Shown: one piece after another, positions 20,499-28,234 of the stretch
How the letters are laid out: each line of letters opens with the position of its first letter
Position numbering within the stretch: position 1 is the stretch's first letter
Assembly (NCBI GenBank): GCA_937904525.1
Contig: CALEKX010000112.1
Coordinates: forward strand, 13,811 to 77,810
Origin: an uncultured Phycisphaerales bacterium
Lineage (GTDB): Bacteria > Planctomycetota > Phycisphaerae > Tepidisphaerales > Tepidisphaeraceae
Length of the DNA: 64,000 bases
Direction: 5' to 3'
The notes under the pieces: generated by a model
The model's database searches: none
Told to the model about the DNA's origin: nothing
The model's input: the letters and a program-made list of their open reading frames with translations, nothing else
Made by a program: the position numbers and the translations under genes

Positions 20499-23400
20499 TC
20501 ACGCCTTCTTCTGCAGCTTCTCGCCAACCTCCTGCAGCCACTGTGCATCCGGCAGTGCGTACGGCCGGAACTTCTCCATCATGCCCTGCTCTTCGCTGTA
20601 GGCCAGCGCACGGAAGAAGCCGAGCTTGTTGGCGGCTGGGGAGTCAATCAGGTTGCTCGAATCGGCTGCGCTCATCTGGAACAGAATGCGGTTGTCGAAC
20701 TCACGCATGCTGCTGCGTTCGATCGTCCGCTCCACGGCGGCCGGCGTGTCGCACCAGGCGATCACATGGATGCCGACGCCCGGACCGTCGCGCAGCAGAT
20801 CGGCAAACTGCTTGTCCGGCTGAGGCGGCTTCTCCGCGTCATCCAGCGAGAAGCTGAAGCCCTCCTCGCTCTTGCGGAGCACGCGATATCGCTGCAAGCC
20901 GTAGATGACCAGGTAGATCGTCGGCGCGTCAGGATCGTCCTGCTCCTGCCGGCGGGCAAGTTCCCTGGCCAATTCATCGATCGCTTCAGCCGTCTGGCGG
21001 TACTCTACCCGCTCGACCTGTTGCGGAATCACCGCCGCGACCTGCTCCAGCCGGCCGGCGAGGTCCGAATCCGCCGGCGTCCCATCCATGAGCACGAAAC
21101 GCGCCCGGTCTTTGCCGTGCTGCGCCGCCAGCGAGATCATCGAGACGCCAATGATCGCCATCGCCTGCTCGTCCTGCTGGCCGATGATGAGCATGTTGGC
21201 TCCGGGCTGACGGCGGAACGGCACAGCCGTCGGCTCCTTGATCGCCACCGGCTCGCCCAGCCACGCGCGCGGCGGGCCATCGAGGCGAGCGCCATCGAGC
21301 GCTTCGGCCAGCAGCCGATTCCTGCGGACATCGGCTGGGACATTCCCCTCGAACACAATCGGCTCGGGCACGCGAACGCCCTGCTGCTTTGCCCGATCTT
21401 GCACCTGCTCGAGGAACACATCCCGCTGCTCATCCGGCAGCCAGGCCACCTGGAACGGGCTGTTGCCCTCGACCAGGCCCCCGGCGTCGTTGTAGATCGC
21501 CTCGCCCGGACGCGACAGCAATCGCGCAGCCGAGTTGTTGTCACCCAGGATGAGCTGCGAATCGGCTTCGCTGGTCTGCAGGGCGATGCGCACCGCGATC
21601 TGGCCGATCGTGCTGCGCGACAGGCCGGATGATCCGGCGATCGTCTGTGAACCCAGCAGCACGTGAATGCCGAACGCACGGCCCTGTCGCACCAGGCGAT
21701 CCAGCAGCACGGCTGCGTCCTGAGCGAGTTTGTCGTCTTCGCTGAAGAACTCCTGGAACTCGTCGATGATCAGCACTGTCCGCGGCATGACATCGCCGGG
21801 CACTTCGCGACGGTAGGAGGCCAGATCCTGCACCCCGACCTTTCGGAACAGCTCGCCGCGCCGCGTCAGCTCCGCGTCAATCCGCTGGAGCACGCTCAGG
21901 CCGAACTCACGATCCGACTCCACCGCGATCGCCCGCGCATGCGGCAGGCTGTGCGTGGCGTACGTCTTGAACTCGACGCCCTTCTTGAAGTCGACCAGAT
22001 ACAGCTCGACCTGATCGGGCGAATACCACATCGCCAGGTTCGTGACGATCGCATGCAGCAATGTCGACTTACCCGAACCGGTCTTACCGGCGATCAACGC
22101 ATGCTGGGCGACGCCCTTGCCCAGGCGCAGATGCTGCTGGCGCGTCGCGCCCATGCGGCCGACGGCGACGCTCAGCTCGCTGCTGCTGTCCAGCGACCAG
22201 AACTGCTCCGGCTTGGGCGCGATGGCTGTGAACGGCACCTCGACCCGCTTGGATTCCTTGGCATGCCGGCCGACGACATCGAGCATCTGCGTCAGCGTCT
22301 GCTCCGACGGCGGCGGATCGAGCTTCAGCGGGAACTGCTGGAAGACCTCGTCTCTCCAGACGAACCGGCCATTTTCGCGAACGAGGTTGATGCTGTGCTG
22401 CTCCAGCTCGTCGATGTGCGTGCCGCTGGGCAGCGGCGTGCGCAGGTCGCGCAGCACGAGCGTATACACGCCGCAGCGGGCACCCGAGCTGGCGATGCTC
22501 GCCAGGCGCCGGAAACTGTCGCCTTCGAAACCGACGGGGAAGTCGGCGATCACCAGGAACCGATACGGCTCGGCGAGTTCGCCGGCCTGCGCGTTGTACT
22601 CGTCGATCGTCTCGAACTCGTTGCGCAGGTACTTCTGGATGACCGTCTCCATGTGCTCGGTCAGATCAGCCAGCCGCTGCTCGATATGCTCCGATTCGGT
22701 CCAGATGCGCGAGCCGACGAGGGCTTCGTCGTGATCGGCCAGGTGCATGAAACCGGCGAAGTTCTGTCCCAGGCCGACGGGATCGATGATCGTAAAGCGC
22801 ACGCGTCCCGCCGGCAGGCTGGTCAGCAGGCGCGACATCACCATGCGCAGCGTGTCCAGCGCCTCGGGCCGGCCCTCGCGATCCGTATGGATCAGCAGCG
22901 ACGAATGCCGCGGGAACGCCAGCCCGGCTGGCAGCGAAAAGGCCTCGGGCAGGCGAAGGCTTCGCGGCAGCTTGTCGGTGATGCGCTGCAGATCGACCTG
23001 CAACTCGCCAAATCGGACGGTCTGCGCGAACCGCTGCGGCGGCTGCCACGTGTTCCAGTCGGTCTGCTCCCAGCGGAGGATCGCGCGACCATCAGATGAG
23101 CCGGACTGGTGGATCGGATCGGCGATTTCCGCAAGCCCCGTGTCCCACCGTTGCTGCAGGGCTGCGCGGGCCTGAGCGTACTGCTGCTCAGCCTCGGCAA
23201 TGGCCTGATCATGTCGCTCCTGGAACTCGCGCAGCTTACGCTCGCGACGCTGCTCGATCGCCTCGCGTGTCTGCGCCAGCCAGGCGTCGACCTCAGCCAG
23301 GGCCTTCTCCCGTTCAGCGGAGACGCGGGCACGGATCTCGTCGTACTGGGCCTTGGCCTTTTCGATGGCCTGGTCGTGGTGATGGCGTGCCTGGGCCCGG

Positions 23401-24425
23401 ACGGGGGCGAATTTCTTCTTGAGGGCGTCGATCTCGGCTTCGGTCTTGCGCTTCGACTCTGCGACGCGCGAATCGCGCTCGCGCGCCAGGTGATCGAGGT
23501 GCGCCTTGGCGGCGTTGCGTGTGGCGGTCAGCTCAGCCCGCAGCGGCGCGTAGGCCTGGCGGATCTGCGATCGGGCAAGGAACCGCAAGCCGATGGCGAC
23601 GACGACGAACGCCGCCAGTGCGATCCCGCCGACAATCGCCAGCCGCGAGATATCGGGCGGCCCTCCGCCGTCGGCGAGGTAGGTCCCGCCAACAGCCAAA
23701 CCGACGACCAGCACGCCGACGATCCACGGCGTCAGCCCGACGAACAGGCGCGGGATCGGCAGCGTGTCGAAGCGGCGCAGGGCGAGCTGCGCGGCTTGCA
23801 GATGCTTGTCGTACAGCTCGGCTGGGTCGCCTTCGAGTTTGATCTCCGGCGGGTGGGTCTGAGCCAGGCTGGTGGCGCCGTAGGTGTGCAGCAGCTCGGC
23901 GAGCTTGTTCTCCATGGCATCGAGCTGCTCGATGCGTTCGCCGTATTTCAGCTTGTCCTGCCTGGCATCCTCGCGAGCCTGGGCGACGGTGGCTTCGTGG
24001 ACGCTTTCAGCCAGCCATGCGGCCTGGTCGAACTGCTTTTTGACCTCACGCTCAGCAGATTGGAGCTCCAGATCGGCTGTAGCCTTGGCCCGGGCGAAGG
24101 CCTCGGATGCGGCCTTGAGCTCGGCATCGAACTTGGCTCCCAGATGGCTGGTGCGCTGCTCATGCTTGGCCTGGGCAGCCTGGGTTTGCTGGGCGATCTG
24201 CTGCTCGAGGACGATCCTGGCGGTCTTGAGATCGCTGCGGGCGGTCTCCAGGCGCTGCTGATGCTCCTGCTCGATGCGGGCTTCTTCCTCAGCCGCGGAG
24301 GTGGACAGATCGATCAGCGACCGCAGTGCGGCGCGCTGGACATCTCGGGGCGTGGCGGCGCCGTTGCCGGCTGGCTCGTCCGAGCCGATGGATTGAGGTT
24401 CCAGTTGGTCGTGCATATCAGTCAC
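20499..24425 (-). CDS. membrane FtsK/SpoIIIE-family ATPase with three tandem FtsK-like modules (EssC/EccC-like architecture)
   Basis: Walker A LIAGKTGSGKSTLLH (nt ~22065-22097) and Walker B TVLIIDEFQEF (nt ~21756-21776). Flanking degenerate modules: LLIHTDREGRPEAL/YRFLVIADFP and MLIIGQQDEQAMAII/IYLVIYGLQ. TM hairpin at aa ~226-284. Long Q/A/E/R-rich coiled-coil-like segments at aa 1-220 and 290-430. Start is GTG 24425 or ATG 24416. Confidence 0.85.
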   Translation of the reverse strand: MTDMHDQLEPQSIGSDEPAGNGAATPRDVQRAALRSLIDLSTSAAEEEARIEQEHQQRLETARSDLKTARIVLEQQIAQQTQAAQAKHEQRTSHLGAKFDAELKAASEAFARAKATADLELQSAEREVKKQFDQAAWLAESVHEATVAQAREDARQDKLKYGERIEQLDAMENKLAELLHTYGATSLAQTHPPEIKLEGDPAELYDKHLQAAQLALRRFDTLPIPRLFVGLTPWIVGVLVVGLAVGGTYLADGGGPPDISRLAIVGGIALAAFVVVAIGLRFLARSQIRQAYAPLRAELTATRNAAKAHLDHLARERDSRVAESKRKTEAEIDALKKKFAPVRAQARHHHDQAIEKAKAQYDEIRARVSAEREKALAEVDAWLAQTREAIEQRRERKLREFQERHDQAIAEAEQQYAQARAALQQRWDTGLAEIADPIHQSGSSDGRAILRWEQTDWNTWQPPQRFAQTVRFGELQVDLQRITDKLPRSLRLPEAFSLPAGLAFPRHSSLLIHTDREGRPEALDTLRMVMSRLLTSLPAGRVRFTIIDPVGLGQNFAGFMHLADHDEALVGSRIWTESEHIEQRLADLTEHMETVIQKYLRNEFETIDEYNAQAGELAEPYRFLVIADFPVGFEGDSFRRLASIASSGARCGVYTLVLRDLRTPLPSGTHIDELEQHSINLVRENGRFVWRDEVFQQFPLKLDPPPSEQTLTQMLDVVGRHAKESKRVEVPFTAIAPKPEQFWSLDSSSELSVAVGRMGATRQQHLRLGKGVAQHALIAGKTGSGKSTLLHAIVTNLAMWYSPDQVELYLVDFKKGVEFKTYATHSLPHARAIAVESDREFGLSVLQRIDAELTRRGELFRKVGVQDLASYRREVPGDVMPRTVLIIDEFQEFFSEDDKLAQDAAVLLDRLVRQGRAFGIHVLLGSQTIAGSSGLSRSTIGQIAVRIALQTSEADSQLILGDNNSAARLLSRPGEAIYNDAGGLVEGNSPFQVAWLPDEQRDVFLEQVQDRAKQQGVRVPEPIVFEGNVPADVRRNRLLAEALDGARLDGPPRAWLGEPVAIKEPTAVPFRRQPGANMLIIGQQDEQAMAIIGVSMISLAAQHGKDRARFVLMDGTPADSDLAGRLEQVAAVIPQQVERVEYRQTAEAIDELARELARRQEQDDPDAPTIYLVIYGLQRYRVLRKSEEGFSFSLDDAEKPPQPDKQFADLLRDGPGVGIHVIAWCDTPAAVERTIERSSMREFDNRILFQMSAADSSNLIDSPAANKLGFFRALAYSEEQGMMEKFRPYALPDAQWLQEVGEKLQKKA

Positions 24426-24434
24426 AGGTGTCTT

Positions 24435-24647
24435 TCACTGGCAGTCGTTACGGATGCGCGACAACAGCGCTGCCATCTGGTCCATGGCGCCGACGGCTGA
24501 CTTGACGTCTTTTTCCAGCGATTCGAGATACTTCTTTTCGAACTGTTCGGCGACAGCGTCGCTCCAACTACTCCGGGTCTCCTGCCAGCGGAGCATCAGC
24601 TCGCGTGTCGCCTTCGTCAGTCCGCCTCGACCTTCGTATACACCCAT
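24435..24647 (-). CDS. small helical-hairpin protein, WXG100-like (W-S-D turn)
   Basis: 70 aa: ...TKATRELMLRWQETRSSWSDAVAEQFEKKYLESLEKDVKSAVGAMDQMAALL. Two helices flank a W-x-D turn, followed by A..F as in WXG100 proteins. The ATG directly abuts the upstream TAA (TAAATG) in the same frame. Confidence 0.55.
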   Translation of the reverse strand: MGVYEGRGGLTKATRELMLRWQETRSSWSDAVAEQFEKKYLESLEKDVKSAVGAMDQMAALLSRIRNDCQ

Positions 24648-25361
24648 TTACGTGCTCCGGTGGTCGTTATTGCGTTGTTCGTCAGTTTGTGGCGATGGAG
24701 GGGACGCCTGCTGGGCGTTTTGTGTGTCGGATCCTTCATCGCCGGACGGTGATTTGTCGCCTTCGGCAGCGGGCGCGGGCTCGGATTGGGCAGCCGGCTG
24801 GTTTTCCTCGCGCGGGGCGCGACGCATGGACGGCTGATCGTCCGCCTGCGAGGTGGCCATCTCCGGTGCGGCAACGCCCTCTCCGGTCGCATACGCCTCG
24901 ATCCGCTGGATAATCGCCTCAAGGTCGTGTGCCGCCTGCGGAATGTCGGCTGAGACGATGCTGGCAATGCGCTGGACCTGGCCCTTGTACATCATCGCCT
25001 CGCGGCGCAGGTGCTGGGTGTACTTTTTGACAGCCAGGACCTTCTGCTCGGCTTCGGCAAGGCGGCGCAGGGCCAGTTGCAGGGCCTTTTGCTCATCGAT
25101 GTCCGACTGGCGGCCGCCGGTGGGGCTCTTGAAGATCTGCTTCTGGCGAAGGGCTTCCTTGGCACGCATGACGGCTTCCTGCCGTTTTCGCACCTCGCTG
25201 GCCCAGAAGGTGCGCTGCTCGTTCTCCAGCCACATCTGCACGCGGGAGATCTCGGCTTCGGCTTCGTTGAGGGCGACGCTGGCACTCTCCTGGAACTTCC
25301 ACAATGCCCGCTTGAACAGCTTGAGGGCTTCGATGGATTCGACTCGTGCGGATTCTGCCAT
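24648..25361 (-). CDS. helical protein with disordered P/Q/S/E-rich C-terminal tail, function unknown
   Basis: aa 1-160 is strongly helical/heptad-like (VESIEALKLFKRALWKFQESASVALNEAEAEISRVQMWLENEQRTFWASEVRKRQEAV...). aa 160-237 is low complexity. It sits between the two WXG-like genes. Confidence 0.6.
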   Translation of the reverse strand: MAESARVESIEALKLFKRALWKFQESASVALNEAEAEISRVQMWLENEQRTFWASEVRKRQEAVMRAKEALRQKQIFKSPTGGRQSDIDEQKALQLALRRLAEAEQKVLAVKKYTQHLRREAMMYKGQVQRIASIVSADIPQAAHDLEAIIQRIEAYATGEGVAAPEMATSQADDQPSMRRAPREENQPAAQSEPAPAAEGDKSPSGDEGSDTQNAQQASPPSPQTDEQRNNDHRST

Positions 25362-25392
25362 GGTTCAACCGCCCGTTCCCAGGACCATGAAC

Positions 25393-25425
25393 CCGTCGCA
25401 TGCGGCTAGAGCCGCTATCCGACGG
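25393..25425 (-). other. nested stem-loop just downstream of the 90-aa WXG-like gene
   Basis: On the + strand, CCGTCG (25393-25398) pairs with CGACGG (25420-25425), with an inner stem GCGGC-TAGA-GCCGC. No U-tract follows. It is a candidate mRNA-stability or partial-termination element inside the operon. Confidence 0.3.
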
Positions 25426-25439
25426 ACCAGGCAGCGGGC

Positions 25440-25712
25440 CTATCGCTGCTTGAGATACTCTTCCACGGCTGCGGCCTTCTTGTTGAGGGTCGCGACGTGC
25501 TGATGCGACGCCTCCAGGAAGTTGCTGAGCACCTTGACGGTTTGCTCAAAGGCTTCGCTGAACTTTTTCTGTTCCTGATCGCGCCAGCTCTGCTCCAGGC
25601 CGCGCATCTTGGCGTGCAGGGAGGAAATCAGACCCTGCAGGTCATTATTGAACCGGTTGAGGTCACCGGCGAATCGCCGCAGTTCGTTGGGGTCAACATG
25701 GGCCTTGGCCAT
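25440..25712 (-). CDS. WXG100-like (ESAT-6/EsxA-type) small protein, W-R-D in place of W-x-G
   Basis: 90 aa. MAKAHVDPNELRRFAGDLNRFNNDLQGLISSLHAKMRGLEQSWRDQEQKKFSEAFEQTVKVLSNFLEASHQHVATLNKKAAAVEEYLKQR. Length, the V.P.ELR.FA opening, the central W at aa 43 and the following F..F match the WXG100 helix-turn-helix pattern. GGAGG lies 6 nt upstream of the ATG. Confidence 0.65.
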   Translation of the reverse strand: MAKAHVDPNELRRFAGDLNRFNNDLQGLISSLHAKMRGLEQSWRDQEQKKFSEAFEQTVKVLSNFLEASHQHVATLNKKAAAVEEYLKQR

Positions 25713-25851
25713 CGGTACCTCCGTATAGCCGCCAGTTTACCGGAGGATCGATCCTGTGACGAGTTTGAGGCCCGTGAGCAAACTTGGAACGGTGATTCGC
25801 AACCGCCGACAATTTCAGTAAGATGCGCTCCCGCGCGGCGGGAACAGACCA

Positions 25852-27186
25852 ATGGCAGATAAGACCTACACCACGACAAACTCCGAATCCGCCTTTCTGA
25901 AGGCCCGGCAGATCATGCCCGGCGGCGTCAGCTCGCCGGTGCGCGCATTCTCAGCCGTCGGGGGGACACCGATTTTCATCAAGAGCGCCGAAGGCTGCCG
26001 TGTCACCGATATCGACGGAAATGAGTACATCGACTACGTCTGCAGCTACGGGCCGTTGATCGGCGGCCATGCCAATGAGCAGGTCGTTGCGGCGTTGTCC
26101 AAGGCCATCGGCCGCGGCACCAGCTACGGCGCCCCCACCGAAGCCGAGACACAGCTTGCCAGCACGATCATCTCCGCCCTGCCGGACATGGAGATGATCC
26201 GATTCGTCAACAGCGGCACCGAGGCGACGATGAGCGCGATCCGCCTGGCGCGGGCCGCCACCGGCCGGGCAAAGATCGTTAAATGCGTCGGCTGCTACCA
26301 TGGCCATGCCGATGCCCTGCTCGTCGAAGCCGGCAGCGGCGCGCTGACCCTGCGCGACAGCACCCAGGCCGCAGCCAAGCCCGGCATCCCCGAATCCGCA
26401 GCCGCCGACACGCTGCTGGTCCACTACAACGACCTCAATGGCGCCAAAGCTGTCTTCGAGCAGCATCCCGGCCAGATCGCCGCTTTTATCGTTGAGCCGG
26501 TGGCGGGCAACATGGGGGTCATCCCCCCGGCTGAGGGGTATCTGCAGGGCCTCCGCGATCTGTGCACCGAGCACGACGCCCTGCTGATCCTGGATGAAGT
26601 GATGACCGGTTTCCGTGTCGCCTGGGGCGGCGCGCAGGTGATGTACAAGGTCAAGCCGGACCTGACCTGCCTGGGGAAGGTCATCGGCGGCGGCCTGCCT
26701 GTGGGTGCGTATGGCGGATCGCGGAAGCTCATGGAGATGATCAGCCCTGCTGGCCCGGTCTATCAGGCGGGGACGCTCAGCGGCAATCCGCTGGCCATGG
26801 CAGCCGGCCTGGCGACGTTGGAGCTGCTGAAGGAAGAGGGCGTCTACGAGAGCCTGGAAGCCAAGTCGGCTGAACTGGCCTCGGGACTGGCAGCCGCGGC
26901 TGAGGACGCGGGCATACCGGTGACGATCAATCGCGTCGGCAGCATGCTGACGGTCTTCTTCACCGCCCAGCCGGGCGCGGCCGTCACCAATTACGCCCAG
27001 GCGACGGCCAGCAATACCGAGACATACGCCGCTTTCTTCCATGCCATGCTCGAAAATGGCGTCATGCTCCCGCCGTCGCAGTACGAGGCCTGGTTCCCCA
27101 GCCTCGCCCACGACGCCGACGCCATCGAGCAGACCCTCAAAGCCGCGAAAAAGGCCTTTGCCGCCATCACGGCTAAATCCTCGTAA
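25852..27186 (+). CDS. hemL: glutamate-1-semialdehyde 2,1-aminomutase
   Basis: [12 protein letters not shown]...[13 protein letters not shown]...[12 protein letters not shown]...[16 protein letters not shown]...[15 protein letters not shown]. Confidence 0.92.
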   Translation: MADKTYTTTNSESAFLKARQIMPGGVSSPVRAFSAVGGTPIFIKSAEGCRVTDIDGNEYIDYVCSYGPLIGGHANEQVVAALSKAIGRGTSYGAPTEAETQLASTIISALPDMEMIRFVNSGTEATMSAIRLARAATGRAKIVKCVGCYHGHADALLVEAGSGALTLRDSTQAAAKPGIPESAAADTLLVHYNDLNGAKAVFEQHPGQIAAFIVEPVAGNMGVIPPAEGYLQGLRDLCTEHDALLILDEVMTGFRVAWGGAQVMYKVKPDLTCLGKVIGGGLPVGAYGGSRKLMEMISPAGPVYQAGTLSGNPLAMAAGLATLELLKEEGVYESLEAKSAELASGLAAAAEDAGIPVTINRVGSMLTVFFTAQPGAAVTNYAQATASNTETYAAFFHAMLENGVMLPPSQYEAWFPSLAHDADAIEQTLKAAKKAFAAITAKSS

Positions 27187-27245
27187 CCTGGGGCACTTGC
27201 GAATCGGCTCGGCAGCGCGTATTGTGGCATGCTGTTAACCGTGTC

Positions 27246-27321
27246 CGGGGCGTGGCGCAGCTTGGTTTAGCGCGCTTGACTGGGGGTCAAGAGGTCGCAG
27301 GTTCAAATCCTGTCGCCCCGA
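27246..27321 (+). tRNA. tRNA-Pro (anticodon GGG)
   Basis: Acceptor CGGGGCG/CGCCCCG + A. Anticodon stem CTTGA/TCAAG with loop CTGGGGG. T-arm GGTTCAAATCC. 76 nt. Confidence 0.9.
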
Positions 27322-27335
27322 TCTGATGAGACTTT

Positions 27336-27372
27336 AAGCCCTTCGGCGAGTACGTCGAAGGGCTTATTGATT
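27336..27372 (+). terminator. hairpin terminator after tRNA-Pro
   Basis: AAGCCCTTCG (27336-27345) pairs perfectly with CGAAGGGCTT (27356-27365) and is followed by ATTGATT. Confidence 0.55.
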
Positions 27373-27502
27373 GTGGGGACAAGACTTGCGCCCTCCAGCG
27401 AAAAGTTCAAAACGACGATTTCGACCAACTTGCGTTTCTCGGTGAAGTCTGCCTCCCATCAAAGAACGATTTCCTCAGCTTTTCGGGTTGCTTGAACCTG
27501 CT

Positions 27503-27530
27503 TTGATCCACAGCACGGCACTGCGATAAT
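27503..27530 (+). promoter_or_regulatory. candidate promoter of the MerR-type gene (TTGATC-N16-GATAAT), leaderless geometry
   Basis: -35 at 27503-27508, -10 at 27525-27530, GTG start at 27538. Confidence 0.4.
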
Positions 27531-27537
27531 GTAGATT

Positions 27538-28020
27538 GTGAAAGACCTGACCATCGGCCAACTCGCTGCCGCCGCTGGCGTTCCAACCTCAACCGTTCGC
27601 TTCTACGAGCGAGAGAAGCTGCTCACGCCCGATGCCCGCACCGGCGCGAACTATCGCGCCTACTCCGCTGCATCGCTGGAGCGTTTGAAGTTCATCCGCG
27701 CCGCCCAGGCGTCGGGGTTCGGGCTGAAGGACATCCGCGAGATGCTGGATCTCACCTACTCCGACGCGCCGCCGTGCGATGAAGTCGCCGCCCTGATCAA
27801 GCGGCGTCTCGTCGAGGTCAAGCAGAAGCTGCGCGAGCTGAAGCGCATCGACCGTGTGCTCAGCGTCGCCCTGCGCAGCTGCTGCCAGGGCGGCCCCGAC
27901 TGGTGCAACGAGATCGAGCGATTGAAGGGCAAACCCGCCTGCGACTGCCCGCCCAAAAAGAATCCGCGCAAAAAGGCCTTGACCTTGCACAAAGGTTCAA
28001 CCTCTACACTCCTGACGTGA
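27538..28020 (+). CDS. MerR-family heavy-metal-responsive regulator (ZntR/CadR/PbrR-like cysteine pattern)
   Basis: N-terminal HTH LTIGQLAAAAGVPTSTVRFYEREKLLTP...YRAY. Cysteines by my count at aa 80, 115, 116 and 123 (PPC...SCCQGGPDWC), plus CDC near the C-terminus. Confidence 0.8.
   Translation: MKDLTIGQLAAAAGVPTSTVRFYEREKLLTPDARTGANYRAYSAASLERLKFIRAAQASGFGLKDIREMLDLTYSDAPPCDEVAALIKRRLVEVKQKLRELKRIDRVLSVALRSCCQGGPDWCNEIERLKGKPACDCPPKKNPRKKALTLHKGSTSTLLT
27979..28010 (+). promoter_or_regulatory. candidate MerR-type promoter/operator: TTGACC, 20-nt spacer containing dyad ACCTT-N5-AAGGT, then TACACT
   Basis: -35 at 27979-27984, dyad at 27982-27996, -10 at 28005-28010. The over-long 19-20 nt spacer is the MerR-family hallmark. 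It lies inside the last codons of the regulator gene, upstream of the Cys-rich ORF. Confidence 0.4.
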
Positions 28021-28083
28021 CGATCGACTGGGCCCGCAACGTGCGTGGCCCGCGATCGCCGGAGTCTCACCGTGGAGGCTGTC

Positions 28084-28173
28084 ATGTGCGCGTCCCAAGA
28101 CGACTGCCCGTGCCCGGTTCCCTGCCCGCCGACCCCGTCCTGCCCGTGCGGCGATGGGTGCTGCGGCAAGTAG
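28084..28173 (+). CDS. unannotated 29-aa Cys/Pro-rich peptide, metallothionein-like
   Basis: Below the ORF-track size cutoff. ATG 28084 has GGAGG (28074-28078) 5 nt upstream. Translation is MCASQDDCPCPVPCPPTPSCPCGDGCCGK (8 Cys of 29), with TAG at 28171-28173. Confidence 0.5.
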   Translation: MCASQDDCPCPVPCPPTPSCPCGDGCCGK

Positions 28174-28180
28174 TTCGCAA

Positions 28181-28218
28181 AGCACCGGCGGTGCTCCGCG
28201 CCGCCGGTGCTGCCCTTT
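28181..28218 (+). terminator. strong hairpin between the Cys-rich ORF and arsC (attenuator or partial terminator)
   Basis: AGCACCGGCGG (28181-28191) pairs perfectly with CCGCCGGTGCT (28201-28211) and is followed by GCCCTTTCGG (weak T-tract). Confidence 0.4.
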
Positions 28219-28234
28219 CGGAAGTGAATCGATC

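Noticed and set aside
20454-24500. Three long + strand ORFs (392, 478 and 463 aa) over the FtsK-like gene
   Set aside because: They are antisense to a gene with clear Walker A/B motifs. They are low-complexity Arg/Leu/Gln-rich translations.
20499-25712. The FtsK-like locus as a conjugative or ICE DNA-translocation module
   Set aside because: I found no relaxase, T4SS, integrase, replication or partition genes nearby. The partner genes are small WXG-type hairpins, which fits protein secretion better.
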